64,000 bases of DNA from Eledone cirrhosa (GCA_964016885.1 OZ024744.1:22816001-22880000); one strand, 5' to 3'; counted from the first letter of the stretch, positions 1-12,207 are shown. The notes: generated from the letters alone by a model not told the origin. Translations and numbers: made by a program.

Positions 1-955
1 GAGAGAAGAATAACACGCCAAGATAAAACCACGTTTCTGGTATAAATGAACTCGTAGACTAATGTTCTATTTAGGAAACCAAATGATTCTCGGCTTCAGA
101 GTTAAGAATAAAGTAAATAAATTAGTAGAACGAAAATGACAGAGGTTATTAAAATCAATAATAATTAAATATATACAAACACACATCTATATACGTACCT
201 ACACAGCCATAAGCGAAAACACCCGCCATGCATGCATATACATGCACATACACAAAACACGCGCACACATACATAAACCCGCGCGACACATGTACCAGCA
301 CACATACGAACGTATACACCAAATGCCCCCTCCCAAACAAAAATATATATGTATGTGTATACATATAATAAACGTATACAAATATACACGCATAAATACG
401 TATATAACGCACGCACACACACACCTACAGGTAAATACACATGTTCACCAAACGTACGTCAACCAAACACAAAGTACGCATATACACACCTAACATACGT
501 GCAAACATGCATACACACATACAAACACAAACACAAAATACACATATACACATAACTATACGCACATGTACCGGTATATATAATATAACATATATACCTA
601 TAACAAATACAAGCGTATATATGTACGAGAAAGTATACGTACCTCCACAAAACATACGGGTAAGATCTACTTACCTATACAAATAAGTAATGGTATAAAC
701 ATAAAATATACTTAGCTACCACATCGAGAGGTAAATTATCCGCGTATTGTTCGTACTATCCGTTAGGGTATAATGTGGGGCTGTAATACAGGAAAGGTTT
801 ATGCAATTTATGTTTACAAGCCAAAAATGCCTCATATTTTTTATTGAAGAAGGGTCATTGGCGTTGAATATTTCCAGCGCTTCAGCGGCGCAAAGATCGC
901 ATGGTCTTTTATTTCCGTTATACGATCTAGCTTAAGCTAGGATCTCCCAAGTGTA
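1..955 (-). mobile_element. Penelope-like element 3' part (end of GIY-YIG domain plus 3' UTR/pLTR), degenerate
   Basis: Minus strand ~790-955 reads TWEILA*ARSYNGNKRPCDLCAAEALEIF...LNKK...CKHK. It matches the reverse complement of 40690-40780, and 1-430 matches 40810-41190 and 63230-64000. Confidence 0.75.
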
Positions 956-959
956 TATT

Positions 960-1290
960 AATGTTGTGACGTCACTGGTGACAAGCTGAATCAGCCATTG
1001 CCTTTCCCTTGGACAACATCGTATATAGTGTATATATAGTGTATATATATATAGTGTATATCTAGTGTATATATGGTGTATATATAGTGTATATTAATGA
1101 TGTGACGTCACTGGTACCAAGCTGTATCAGCCATTACCTTTCCTTTGGACAACATCAGTGACGTAGAGAGGGGAGGTTGGTATGTATGGGAAACTGCTGG
1201 TCTTCCACAAACAGCCTTCCCGGTTTTGTACCTCGGAGGGGAACTTTCTAGTCTATAGCCCATGGTCATTCCTGACTGAACGAGAGTTTT
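960..1290 (+). mobile_element. SINE 3' portion with internal duplication
   Basis: tgtgacgtcactggt...cctt(t)ggacaacatc occurs twice (963-1020, 1100-1157). Related sequence lies at 27700-27757 and 31010-31140. Confidence 0.6.
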
Positions 1291-1523
1291 TAGCCTTATT
1301 TCACTTGTGTGGTATATGTACATATTTCCTTGTGAGACTTATTCTTCTCATTCGTTAGTTTTAGTGTACTAATACCACTGGTATATGTTTCAAGTGGTAT
1401 ATATGCAATATACTACAATATCTGATATAATATATTGTAATATATACTATATATATATATATATATACATACATACACACACACACTGACATACACACAC
1501 ACACACACACGCACACGCACACG

Positions 1524-1639
<116 letters not shown>

Positions 1640-1764
1640 GGTTTTAAAAATAGTTTCCATTTATTAATATCATTGATATTATACGCCAGGAACCGTGTAG
1701 AGTGCTTCGAATCTGTTATAATAAATAAATTTGTTGAATTATCAGCAAATTAAATATCTCTTTG

Positions 1765-1831
<67 letters not shown>

Positions 1832-1874
1832 TTATTTATATTTAGTTATGTAATAAACAACATAAGATAATTAT

Positions 1875-1935
1875 TTCATTTACCAGTGGTTTCTTGAAGG
1901 CAGATGTTATGTCTGTCTTCAGTCGTCAGAATGAA
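1875..1935 (-). ncRNA. Type I hammerhead ribozyme
   Basis: Minus strand: stem I ttcatt/aatgaa, CTGACGA, stem II tgaagacaga/tctgccttca, GAAA, stem III acca-c-tggt, cleavage triplet GUA. Lies between (TA)n runs. Confidence 0.8.
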
Positions 1936-2053
1936 CAAAAAAAATATTTCCGACGGAAATACTTCATTTATATATATATATATGTGAATTATATATATAT
2001 ATAATATATTATAATATATTATATTATATTATATATATATTATATCATATTAT

Positions 2054-2087
<34 letters not shown>

Positions 2088-2261
2088 TTAACACAAATCA
2101 ATATATTTGATATACACAAATATCCTCATATTTATGTTTGTATTGTAAATGACCAAGTTAGCTAGATAGAAATATACTAATAATAATATTACAGTTTGCC
2201 TATCATGACTTAAGATAATACATCATAAATCAACAAAAACAAATTGTACTGGCAATGGCCG

Positions 2262-2395
2262 TAGTGCTTGGACAAATTTAAATTTCAAAATCAAACCTGT
2301 TCCGTAGACAGGTTTAAACCTTAAAATCCAAATATGTTTCGAATAATGAAAAAGTGGAAGAAAATACCGCATTTTGATCTCCTCAGCAAGCACTA
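2262..2395 (-). ncRNA. Type I hammerhead ribozyme with very long stem III
   Basis: Stem I tagtgcttg/caagcacta (9 bp), CTGAGGA, GAAA (2337-2340), ~30-bp imperfect stem III capped by aaacctgt/acaggttt, GUC. Homologues at 49802 and 61499. Confidence 0.8.
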
Positions 2396-2539
2396 TAAAA
2401 ATTGGTATGTAACACTTCAAAATATTTAGGAAGACTGTTTAGCGAAACATATTTGGATTTTAAGATAACCTCATGAGGTTACCTCGTGCGCTAAACAGTC
2501 TTCCTAAATATTAAAAATAAGAATAAAAATAAGAATAAA

Positions 2540-2555
<16 letters not shown>

Positions 2556-2570
<15 letters not shown>

Positions 2571-4097
2571 TATAATACATATATTATTTACAGTATAAAA
2601 TGATGAAGAAATGAGTAAAAGTAAACATAATATATAATATACTATATAATTATATAATTAATAATCTCCGGTTAATTTGCACAAACAATATAAATATTAC
2701 AATAACACTATAATAACAATATTATAAAATATTGGCATATAACTTAACAAATCATATAGAGTTACAGACAGGGTGAGATAAAAAATTATCATACAGAACT
2801 AAATTGTGTTGAAAAAATTATGCTGGAAAAATATCTATACCGTTGCAAGAAAACAGATGGAGGTCAAGTTTTTATACAATTGGTGTAAATAAATATTATC
2901 CAAACATTACAAAAATTATAAAAATATAAACATATTACAGAATTTACAAAATTTAACATAAGGGTACATCTAATAATCGGTAAATATTTAAGATCAATAG
3001 TACGTTTACAAAGAGTGATATGATATAACAACTTCAATATCAAATAATGAACATAGTATAATATACATAATTACATGGTTGGTAGACAGACATTTGTGAA
3101 TAAGTGAATAAGAACCAGACAGAGACTACGCACGGTAGTAAAAAAAATATAAATAAATAAAATCAACCGGAAATCGAAAAACAAAAACAAAAATATTTAC
3201 TTAGGTGTCACATGCAGTTAAGTAAAAAAAATGTGGAATCAAACCCGGATAAATGACTAGAAAACCCTATTAAATTAATTAATATTGAAAGTATTTAAAA
3301 TACATAATAAGTCAATACAAAATTAGCTATGGTTTAAGTAATCAAAATCTCCAAAGTTTAAGATATCTCAATATAAATATCCAGAATAGAATGAAATATT
3401 TTACTATCAGTTGAGTAACGTTATCTAATAAACGGACTATATGTGACACCTAAGTAAATATTTTTGTTTTTGTTTTGCGATTTCCGGTTGATTTTATTTA
3501 TTTATATTTTTTTTACTACCGTGCGTAGTCTCTGTCTGGTTCTTATTCACTTATTCACATATGTCTGTCTACCAACCATGTAATTATGTATATTATACTA
3601 TGTTCATTATTTGATATTGAAGTTGTTATATCATATCACTCTTTGTAAACGTACTATTGATCTTAAATATTTACCGATTATTAGATGTACCCTTATGTTA
3701 AATTTTGTAAATTCTGTAATATGTTTATATTTTTATAATTTTTGTAATGTTTGGATAATATTTATTTACACCAATTGTATAAAAACTTGACCTCCATCTG
3801 TTTTCTTGCAACGGTATAGATATTTTTCCAGCATAATTTTTTCAACACAATTTAGTTCTGTATGATATTTTTTTTCTCACCCTGTCTGTAACTCTATATG
3901 ATTTGTTAAGTTATATGCCAATATTTTATAATATTGTTATTATAGTGTTATTGTAATATTTATATTGTTTGTGCAAATTAACCGGAGATTATTAATTATA
4001 TAATTATATAGTATATTATATATTATGTTTACTTTTACTCATTTCTTCATCATTTTATACTGTATATAATATATGTATTATATTTTTATTTTTATTT
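2556..4097. repeat. Large near-perfect inverted repeat (~655-bp arms, ~227-bp spacer)
   Basis: 2556-3213 (…aatatttacttaggtgtcacat) is the reverse complement of 3441-4097 (atgtgacacctaagtaaatatt…), with only a few mismatches or indels. Confidence 0.95.
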
Positions 4098-4267
4098 ATA
4101 CTCTTAATAAGTGTTAGTTTGTGTTTGTATTGATGGAAATGTGTATTGATATATATGTATATATGTGTACATATGTATATATATATATATGTATATTGGG
4201 CCTTTTAATATTATTATTATTATCATTATCAATTATATTATATTATATTATATTATATTATATTATA

Positions 4268-4450
4268 TTTGGCAGTATCGGTAGAGGATCGGACGCCATG
4301 CTTTCCAGCATAGTTACGTCCCTTTACGATCTGAGTTCAAATCCCGCCGAGGTTGACTTTGCCTTTCATCCTTACGGGGTCGATAAAATAAAGTACCAGT
4401 AATGCACTGGGTAATTGCTGGCCTTGTGCCTAAAGTAGAAACAATTATAT
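4268..4450 (+). mobile_element. tRNA-type SINE (family A)
   Basis: A-box-like tggcagtatcggtagag, B-box-like gagttcaaatccc and conserved body ctttgcctttcatcc…gtcgataaaataaagtaccagt. More than 12 copies occur in the window. Confidence 0.85.
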
Positions 4451-4681
4451 ATAGTACAATAATTCTCGCTTTATATCATGTTTAGCTTTATATCATGTTT
4501 AGCTTTAGTTTTTGCATTGTACTATATTTGTAATATGGTTCAAAATGTTATTCACTTCCTTAGCAATTTTTACTTGATAATTTGTACTCGATAATTTTCC
4601 TATGCTTTAATGTATGTATACTCCATATTCTTCTGAGTTTTTGGCATGTATTGGCCGATAGTGCTTCTTATAGCTTTACTT

Positions 4682-4719
4682 GCCCTGATGAGTCCTTAAT
4701 AGGACGAAACATTGTTGGC
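4682..4719 (+). ncRNA. Minimal type I hammerhead ribozyme
   Basis: gcc CTGATGA gtcct-taat-aggac GAAAC att GTT ggc, followed by aataaa and then (TA)n. Confidence 0.85.
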
Positions 4720-4767
4720 TAATAAAGACTTTTGATGTATTGAAGGCTTCGTTGGTTTATTTTCATA

Positions 4768-4894
<127 letters not shown>

Positions 4895-5143
4895 GGAAGT
4901 AGAGAGGGAGAGAGAGACAGATAGGGAGAGAGATATACATAGATCTATAGATATATAATAGATACATATACACACACATACATACATATATACATGTTTA
5001 TATATAAGGGTTTATTTACTTCTAATTCTTAACTTGACACTCATTTCTCCCTCTCTTGCTTACCTTCCCTTGCTACTTCTCCCTCCCTCTCTCTTTCATG
5101 TCCCACTTTTTGCCCTTCTTCATTCTTCTTCTTCTTCTTCTTC

Positions 5144-5235
<92 letters not shown>

Positions 5236-5763
5236 TGTATGTATGTATGTATGTATGTATGTATGTATATATATCTATGTATGTATATATGTATATTTTA
5301 TGTATGTGTACATATGTTTTTGCATAGATGTGTGTGTGTGTGTATGTGACTAACGCTGTCAAGTGTCTATACGTGTATACAGTGAATATATAAGATACAA
5401 TATGTTAGATACAATGACATAAACACAGACCTATGATGATGGAGGATTGCAATGACAAGTGTTGTATATATATATACACACACACATACACATATATATA
5501 TATTTATATATATATACACACACAAATCATACACTAGACTACACCACAACGAACGACAACACATCAGCCAACGCAGCCGCACCATAAACAGATATACATA
5601 TAGAACATCAGCCTGCTCTGGTAGAAACATTACCATCTTACGAAAAGGGAGTCTTTTAAGTACGGATATTTTTTCAGATAAAACCACACCCTTCTATAAT
5701 GATAACAACGGGTGCTCCTTCAGTCTCTCTCTGTCTGTCTCTCTCTCTCTCTCTCTCTATCTA

Positions 5764-5796
<33 letters not shown>

Positions 5797-5910
5797 CTCT
5801 CTCTCTATGTTCCCACACCGGTGCTCCACTGCAAGACACTGATCAGACCATTCACGAGTCACTGTCACAAATTTGACCGATTTTTCCGACTATTCTCCTA
5901 TCACTCCCCA

Positions 5911-6003
<93 letters not shown>

Positions 6004-6028
6004 CTTCTTGAGACATCTTTATTTTAGT

Positions 6029-6204
6029 TTCCGTCTGCCGTGGGCACGAATGTGGCTGTGGAGGCCTATCCTTGACTTCTTCGCCGCAAGGCTTTGGGAG
6101 TGCACGCTAAAGAACAAACCTGTGCGGGAAAGTTTTATAGTGGGAGGGCCAGTTCACAGTGACGGTCCCACTCACTCGGCCGCAGAAGCCAGAATCCGGT
6201 GGTA
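6029..6204 (-). mobile_element. Fragment of RTE-derived non-autonomous element 2
   Basis: Matches 59010-59265 with an internal deletion. Confidence 0.75.
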
Positions 6205-6264
6205 TCTCTTTCTCTCTATATATATAGAAAGAGAATTCAAAGGGTATATATATATAATTAGACA

Positions 6265-7320
6265 TAGTCATTGTGTGCATACATCTATGACTGATGCATC
6301 TGGACACATCTTCAGTGATGTGCCTGGTATCATCGTGTGTTTAGGGTCTTTCAACATCATCTCCAGGTGACCGATCTGGGGCTGATCAGACCCCAGCTTG
6401 TGTCCAGATGGCCAGGTAGCTACCATGACTCCATGGCTCTCCTCTTTTGATCCACAGCCATCTTGAGGCCCTCTCTGCCGCATCGGTGGTACTGCAAATG
6501 GCCTTCCTCCTTTTCACTCCCTCGATGCCCAAACTGCTGAAGGCTCTGGTCAGGGAACGGGTTGCAAAACCCCTGCATCCAACCTCCACTGGGAGACACC
6601 TCGCTCTCCAACCAGCCCGCTGAGTCACTGACCAGAACCGCGTACTTGAAGAACTTTCTCTCAAAAGCTTCTTCAGGCGATCTTCCCATGGGAGATTCAA
6701 CTCCAGCAGCACTACTTGCTTGGTGGACTCAGACACAAGGACAATGTCTGGTCGCAGAGTAGTGACCACAATGTTGTCAGGGAACTTTAGCTGACGCTCA
6801 AGATCCACCAATAGCTGCCAGTCTCTTGCAGATGTTAGGATGCCCGCTGATGTTTTCCTGGCAGGGGTTGGCTTCTGACAAAGGTGATGGTTTTCTTGAA
6901 GGATCGGAACCGCATCGCCCACAAAAGTCCTGCGCTGATGGCTTCAGCGATGGTTTAAGGACTTGGTCATGCCTCCAGTGGTACCGTCCTTCTCCAAGTG
7001 ACCCTGTGCAGTAGCTGAGGATGTGTTCCAGGGTTCGTCGCTTGGAGCACAACGCACATACTGGTGTCTCTCCTATGCCCCATGTGTGCAGGTGTGATGG
7101 GCTTGGAAGCACATCGTACACTGCCTGAATGAGGAAGTTAATGCCGTGAGGCTCGGTTTTCCACAGCTCAGCCCAGGTCACTCTCCTCTCAACCGTTCTC
7201 CCATCTTGTCCGAGCTCCCTGTTGCTTCATTCCTACTGCCTTGCAAGTTCTCATTTCCTCCACTGCAGCTTTCACCTCCTCCTGAACAAAGCGGCGCCCT
7301 TCCTTCCTGCTGGTGTTCGT
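6265..7320 (-). pseudogene. HERO-clade (R2 group) non-LTR retrotransposon 3' fragment: CCHC knuckle plus restriction-like endonuclease, frameshifted
   Basis: CALCSKRRTLEHILSYC…RYHWRHDQVL (ORF 6798-7181) and LRPDIVLVSESTKQVVLLELNLPWEDR…CLPVEVGCRGF (ORF 6386-6922). Confidence 0.85.
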
Positions 7321-7376
7321 TTGGGGAGTTGGGAGAAGAAATAGTGTATATATTTTATCTAATCATTCTTTGGACT

Positions 7377-7453
<77 letters not shown>

Positions 7454-7496
7454 AACAAAAACAAAGAACGCTTACATCATCAATTAATCATTATTT

Positions 7497-7541
7497 GCTG
7501 ACAGTGTTTCGTCCTTGCATAATTGCAGGTCTCATCAGAGC
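7497..7541 (-). ncRNA. Minimal type I hammerhead ribozyme
   Basis: gct CTGATGA gacctgca-atta-tgcaaggac GAAAC act GTC agc, inside a ~255-bp insert bounded by (TA)n. Confidence 0.85.
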
Positions 7542-7702
7542 GTTATAAAGAGGAATTAGATCAATAGTATAAGCTCTACCGACCTATATAACAAGAACGA
7601 TCCATATGTAGCACAGAGGACTAAGAAGAGTGGGGTGCTGGGACGACGCGTCACCGCTAGAAGATATTAAGACCCAAATCAGTTACAATAATTAAAGATA
7701 TG

Positions 7703-7740
<38 letters not shown>

Positions 7741-7745
<5 letters not shown>

Positions 7746-9510
7746 AACCAGTAAGACCCCGACAGCTGAGCTCAAGCCGTTTCGACGGCTAATCGGGTGA
7801 AATGAATTGAGCTTAGCGGAAAAGTCTGGATACGGCATTATGGGGTTTGCGTGGTAGGGTCGGAAAGTGCTCTACTACGGGAGTAGGAGCTAGATAACGA
7901 AGGAAATGTGGTAAGGAACCAGGTGGACCATAACGCACCAAAGTACTCAATACTTGAGGTAGTAGAGTGGGTAATAGGAACCAGTAAGACCCCGACAGCT
8001 GAGCTCAAGCCGTTTCGACGGCTAATCGGGTGAAATGAATTGAGCTTAGCGGAAAAGTCTGGATACGGCATTATGGGGTTTGCGTGGTAGGGTCGGAAAG
8101 TGCTCTACTACGGGAGTAGGAGCTAGATAACGAAGGAAATGTGGTAAGGAACCAGGTGGACCATAACGCACCAAAGTACTCAATACTTGAGGTAGTAGAG
8201 TGGGTAATAGGAACCAGTAAGACCCCGACAGCTGAGCTCAAGCCGTTTCGACGGCTAATCGGGTGAAATGAATTGAGCTTAGCGGAAAAGTCTGGATACG
8301 GCATTATGGGGTTTGCGTGGTAGGGTCGGAAAGTGCTCTACTACGGGAGTAGGAGCTAGATAACGAAGGAAATGTGGTAAGGAACCAGGTGGACCATAAC
8401 GCACCAAAGTACTCAATACTTGAGGTAGTAGAGTGGGTAATAGGAACCAGTAAGACCCCGACAGCTGAGCTCAAGCCGTTTCGACGGCTAATCGGGTGAA
8501 ATGAATTGAGCTTAGCGGAAAAGTCTGGATACGGCATTATGGGGTTTGCGTGGTAGGGTCGGAAAGTGCTCTACTACGGGAGTAGGAGCTAGATAACGAA
8601 GGAAATGTGGTAAGGAACCAGGTGGACCATAACGCACCAAAGTACTCAATAGTTGAGGTAGTAGAGTGGGTAATAGGAACCAGTAAGACCCCGACAGCTG
8701 AGCTCAAGCCGTCGGGGTCTTACTGGTTCCTATTACCCACTCTACTACCTCAAGTATTGAGTACTTTGGTGCGTTATGGTCCACCTGGTTCCTTACCACA
8801 TTTCCTTCGTTATCTAGCTCCTACTCCCGTAGTAGAGCACTTTCCGACCCTACCACGCAAACCCCATAATGCCGTATCCAGACTTTTCCGCTAAGCTCAA
8901 TTCATTTCACCCGATTAGCCGTCGAAACGGCTTGAGCTCAGCTGTCGGGGTCTTACTGGTTCCTATTACCCACTCTACTACCTCAAGTATTGAGTACTTT
9001 GGTGCGTTATGGTCCACCTGGTTCCTTACCACATTTCCTTCGTTATCTAGCTCCTACTCCCGTAGTAGAGCACTTTCCGACCCTACCACGCAAACCCCAT
9101 AATGCCGTATCCAGACTTTTCCGCTAAGCTCAATTCATTTCACCCGATTAGCCGTCGAAACGGCTTGAGCTCAGCTGTCGGGGTCTTACTGGTTCCTATT
9201 ACCCACTCTACTACCTCAAGTATTGAGTACTTTGGTGCGTTATGGTCCACCTGGTTCCTTACCACATTTCCTTCGTTATCTAGCTCCTACTCCCGTAGTA
9301 GAGCACTTTCCGACCCTACCACGCAAACCCCATAATGCCGTATCCAGACTTTTCCGCTAAGCTCAATTCATTTCACCCGATTAGCCGTCGAAACGGCTTG
9401 AGCTCAGCTGTCGGGGTCTTACTGGTTCCTATTACCCACTCTACTACCTCAAGTATTGAGTACTTTGGTGCGTTATGGTCCACCTGGTTCCTTACCACAT
9501 TTCCTTCGTT
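7741..9510. repeat. 233-bp tandem array that inverts at ~8700
   Basis: About 4.2 near-identical units on + (7741-8712), then about 3.4 units reverse-complemented (8711-9510). The identical 77-aa ORFs recur every 233 bp. (TA)n lies on both sides. Confidence 0.97.
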
Positions 9511-9753
9511 ATATATATATATATATATATATATATACGATATTAACAAATGGAAACTATATTTATAAAACCATATTTATTTCATTATACATATTTCAAG
9601 GACACCTAGTTAAATTATGGTGTGCATTCGTGAGATAAAATATAATATAGATCAGTTTTATAATGAAATAAATATGATTTTATAAATATACTTTCCATTT
9701 GTTAATATCGTATTTTTACTCCAAATATAATAGAACTTTTACATATCTATATA

Positions 9754-9844
<91 letters not shown>

Positions 9845-9867
9845 GATGATTCTAAAGACATGATTTA

Positions 9868-9926
<59 letters not shown>

Positions 9927-10059
9927 TATATGTAGGAGGTGAGTTTTATTGTAGTACAATAAAGCAATGCAGATATTGGATAAGAAGCACTCTACAGTTT
10001 GTAGGACTGGAGTATATATAATATATAAGAACAAAAGATGGTTAAAAGAGTTCCATGTA

Positions 10060-10126
10060 TTTTATTATGCGCATTTCAAAAACAAATATCATCATGCAAT
10101 AATATTTGTGTTTTCATCAGATAAAA
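10060..10126 (-). ncRNA. Type I hammerhead ribozyme (mirror copy)
   Basis: Reverse complement of 10249-10315. Confidence 0.85.
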
Positions 10127-10248
10127 CAGGAAGACATGATATGAAGGTTAAAAAACACTTGTGGATAGTTCAGTTTTAAATCAACATATATTGATTTAAA
10201 ACTGAACTATCCACAAGTGTTTTTTAACCTTCATATCATGTCTTCCAG

Positions 10249-10315
10249 TTTTATCTGATGAAAACACAAATATTATTGCATGATGATATTTGTTTTTGAA
10301 ATGCGCATAATAAAA
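10249..10315 (+). ncRNA. Type I hammerhead ribozyme
   Basis: ttttat CTGATGA [15-bp stem II] GAAA tgcgc ATA ataaaa. Stem III ATGCGCAT is palindromic. Confidence 0.85.
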
Positions 10316-10456
10316 TACATGGAACTCTTTTAACCATCTTTTGTTCTTATATATTATATAAATATATATATATACATATATATATATATACATCTCTGTC
10401 CCTTCGAACTTCTTTTTAACGGCATCTCTCTGTATGTATGTCTCACCCCCCCCCCC

Positions 10457-10512
<56 letters not shown>

Positions 10513-10524
10513 TCTCTCTCTCTC

Positions 10525-10618
<94 letters not shown>

Positions 10619-10900
10619 TCACTCTCTCATCTTATTCTTCTCTATTTCTCTGTGTATATATGTGTGTGTACATATACGTGTTTGTTAGTGTGTGTCTGTT
10701 TAGTAGTGAGTGTTAGTGTGTGCCCAATATTAGGACATATACTTTGTTTACATTAAATACAAGTAGATTCTATACCTGATATTCTCTACGACCACAGAAC
10801 ATCCAGTCTTTCATTCACAGCTGACTTGTTCACTTTAAAGTCTTCTAACTTGCTTCATAATCAAATATAAACAAGCGCTGAGAAACATACACTCATTTTA

Positions 10901-10960
<60 letters not shown>

Positions 10961-10961
<1 letters not shown>

Positions 10962-11699
10962 CTAAATACATTAACAGAGAAAGTTACTGGCGATACTCCG
11001 ACTAACTTCAATCTCACTCAACAAACATTAGGAAATATCTAAGTATAACCCAATTATACGTTTGGGGTGTTAACTATATTGTATTCTGTGGAAAGTCGGA
11101 TGTATTATTTTATATGAGACATAATTAAATAAATCTCACTTTCCATACGATCGTTTCGTTATAATATTTCTACAAGGTGGGAGAAAAAAGTACAAGTTAT
11201 GTAGAAGCTTGCATATGATCAACAGATTTACTTGCAAGTGGGCTCATATAAATCTTCAGTGGAATGCTCCAGCAATATCAATATAAAAAACTATATCGAT
11301 ATTAATATTCAGCGATATTCACCGTCAGTGCTAGAAGAACCACTAAGTTTGAAAGTCCAAGCAGTCCTTCAAAACAAATTCCCACACTGTCCTCAAATGG
11401 GAAGGGGAGGTTATCGTAAAATATAAAATAATATACACGCAGGTCATTGAACCCTGTTAGGAATCCAAACCACATGTTAAGAACTCAACTGGATGATAAA
11501 AAAATAACAGACATGAGATACAGGAAGAATCAATCAATATTTCGTATAAATAATTAATGAAGATAATCATACCTAAATAACTGGAAATGTCATGTTAGGC
11601 CATCCAAGATAATAGTACTTAATACATTAACAGAGATGGCTAATAGCGATACTCGGACCAACTTCCATCTCACTTAACAAACATTAGGAAATACGTAAG

Positions 11700-11703
<4 letters not shown>
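10961..11703. mobile_element. (TA)n-flanked insert with ~85-bp terminal direct repeats (period 656)
   Basis: aatacattaacagaga…aacaaacattaggaaata at 10965 and 11621. Minus-strand GAAAC-GATC-GTA near 11146-11157 is a degenerate HHR half. Confidence 0.65.
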
Positions 11704-11745
<42 letters not shown>

Positions 11746-11753
<8 letters not shown>

Positions 11754-12143
11754 GTTAGAATATGTGTAATAAGGCCAAGACAATGCAGGTATGGACATAG
11801 AAAAAAGAATGCAATAGTGAAAGATATTGATGTGAATTCGTCTTTCACCTTGAATTTATTTAAATGTCCTTAATTTTTGAGATAATATCTCTTCTTCGGA
11901 GGGAAGTAAAGGTCTCAAACCAGCGTCTTTAAATCTCTAATGGCTTCATTAGAGATTTAAAGACGCTGGTTTGAGACCTTTACTTCCCTCCGAAGAAGAG
12001 ATATTATCTCGAAAATTAAGGACATTTAAATAAATTCAAGGTGAAAGACGAATTCACATCAATATCTTTCACTATTGCATTCTTTTTTCTATGTCCATAC
12101 CTGCATTGTCTTGGCCTTATTACACATATTCTAACGTTTATAC
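11746..12143. repeat. Near-perfect palindrome carrying two divergent hammerhead-like motifs
   Basis: Centre at 11944/11945 (tctctaatg-gctt-cattagaga) with ~197-bp arms. It starts directly at a (TA)n run. Confidence 0.95.
11987..12021 (+). ncRNA. Minimal hammerhead variant
   Basis: cct CCGAAGA a gagat-att-atctc GAAA at TA agg (U4C, extra A, palindromic AATT stem III). The mirror copy at 11868-11902 has G12 mutated. Confidence 0.65.
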
Positions 12144-12207
12144 CTCATTACACAATGCTTCAAGTGAACTATAACCTCCTCCTATAGATATATATATATA
12201 TATATAT

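Larger units (their letters stand above)
10015..10360. repeat. Near-perfect palindrome carrying two divergent hammerheads
   Basis: Centre at 10187/10188 with a catata loop and ~170-bp arms. Confidence 0.95.

Noticed and set aside
4268-4350. tRNA gene
   Set aside because: The A/B-box-like motifs belong to a multicopy SINE head, with no complete cloverleaf.
6295-6360. Type II hammerhead in the HERO 3' UTR (CTGAAGA after a gatg/catc hairpin)
   Set aside because: GAAA is replaced by TAAA, and there is no stem III or cleavage triplet.
7838-9568. Repeated 77-aa ORF as a multicopy gene
   Set aside because: It is a by-product of the 233-bp period, has no recognisable motif, and dispersed relatives contain only part of it.
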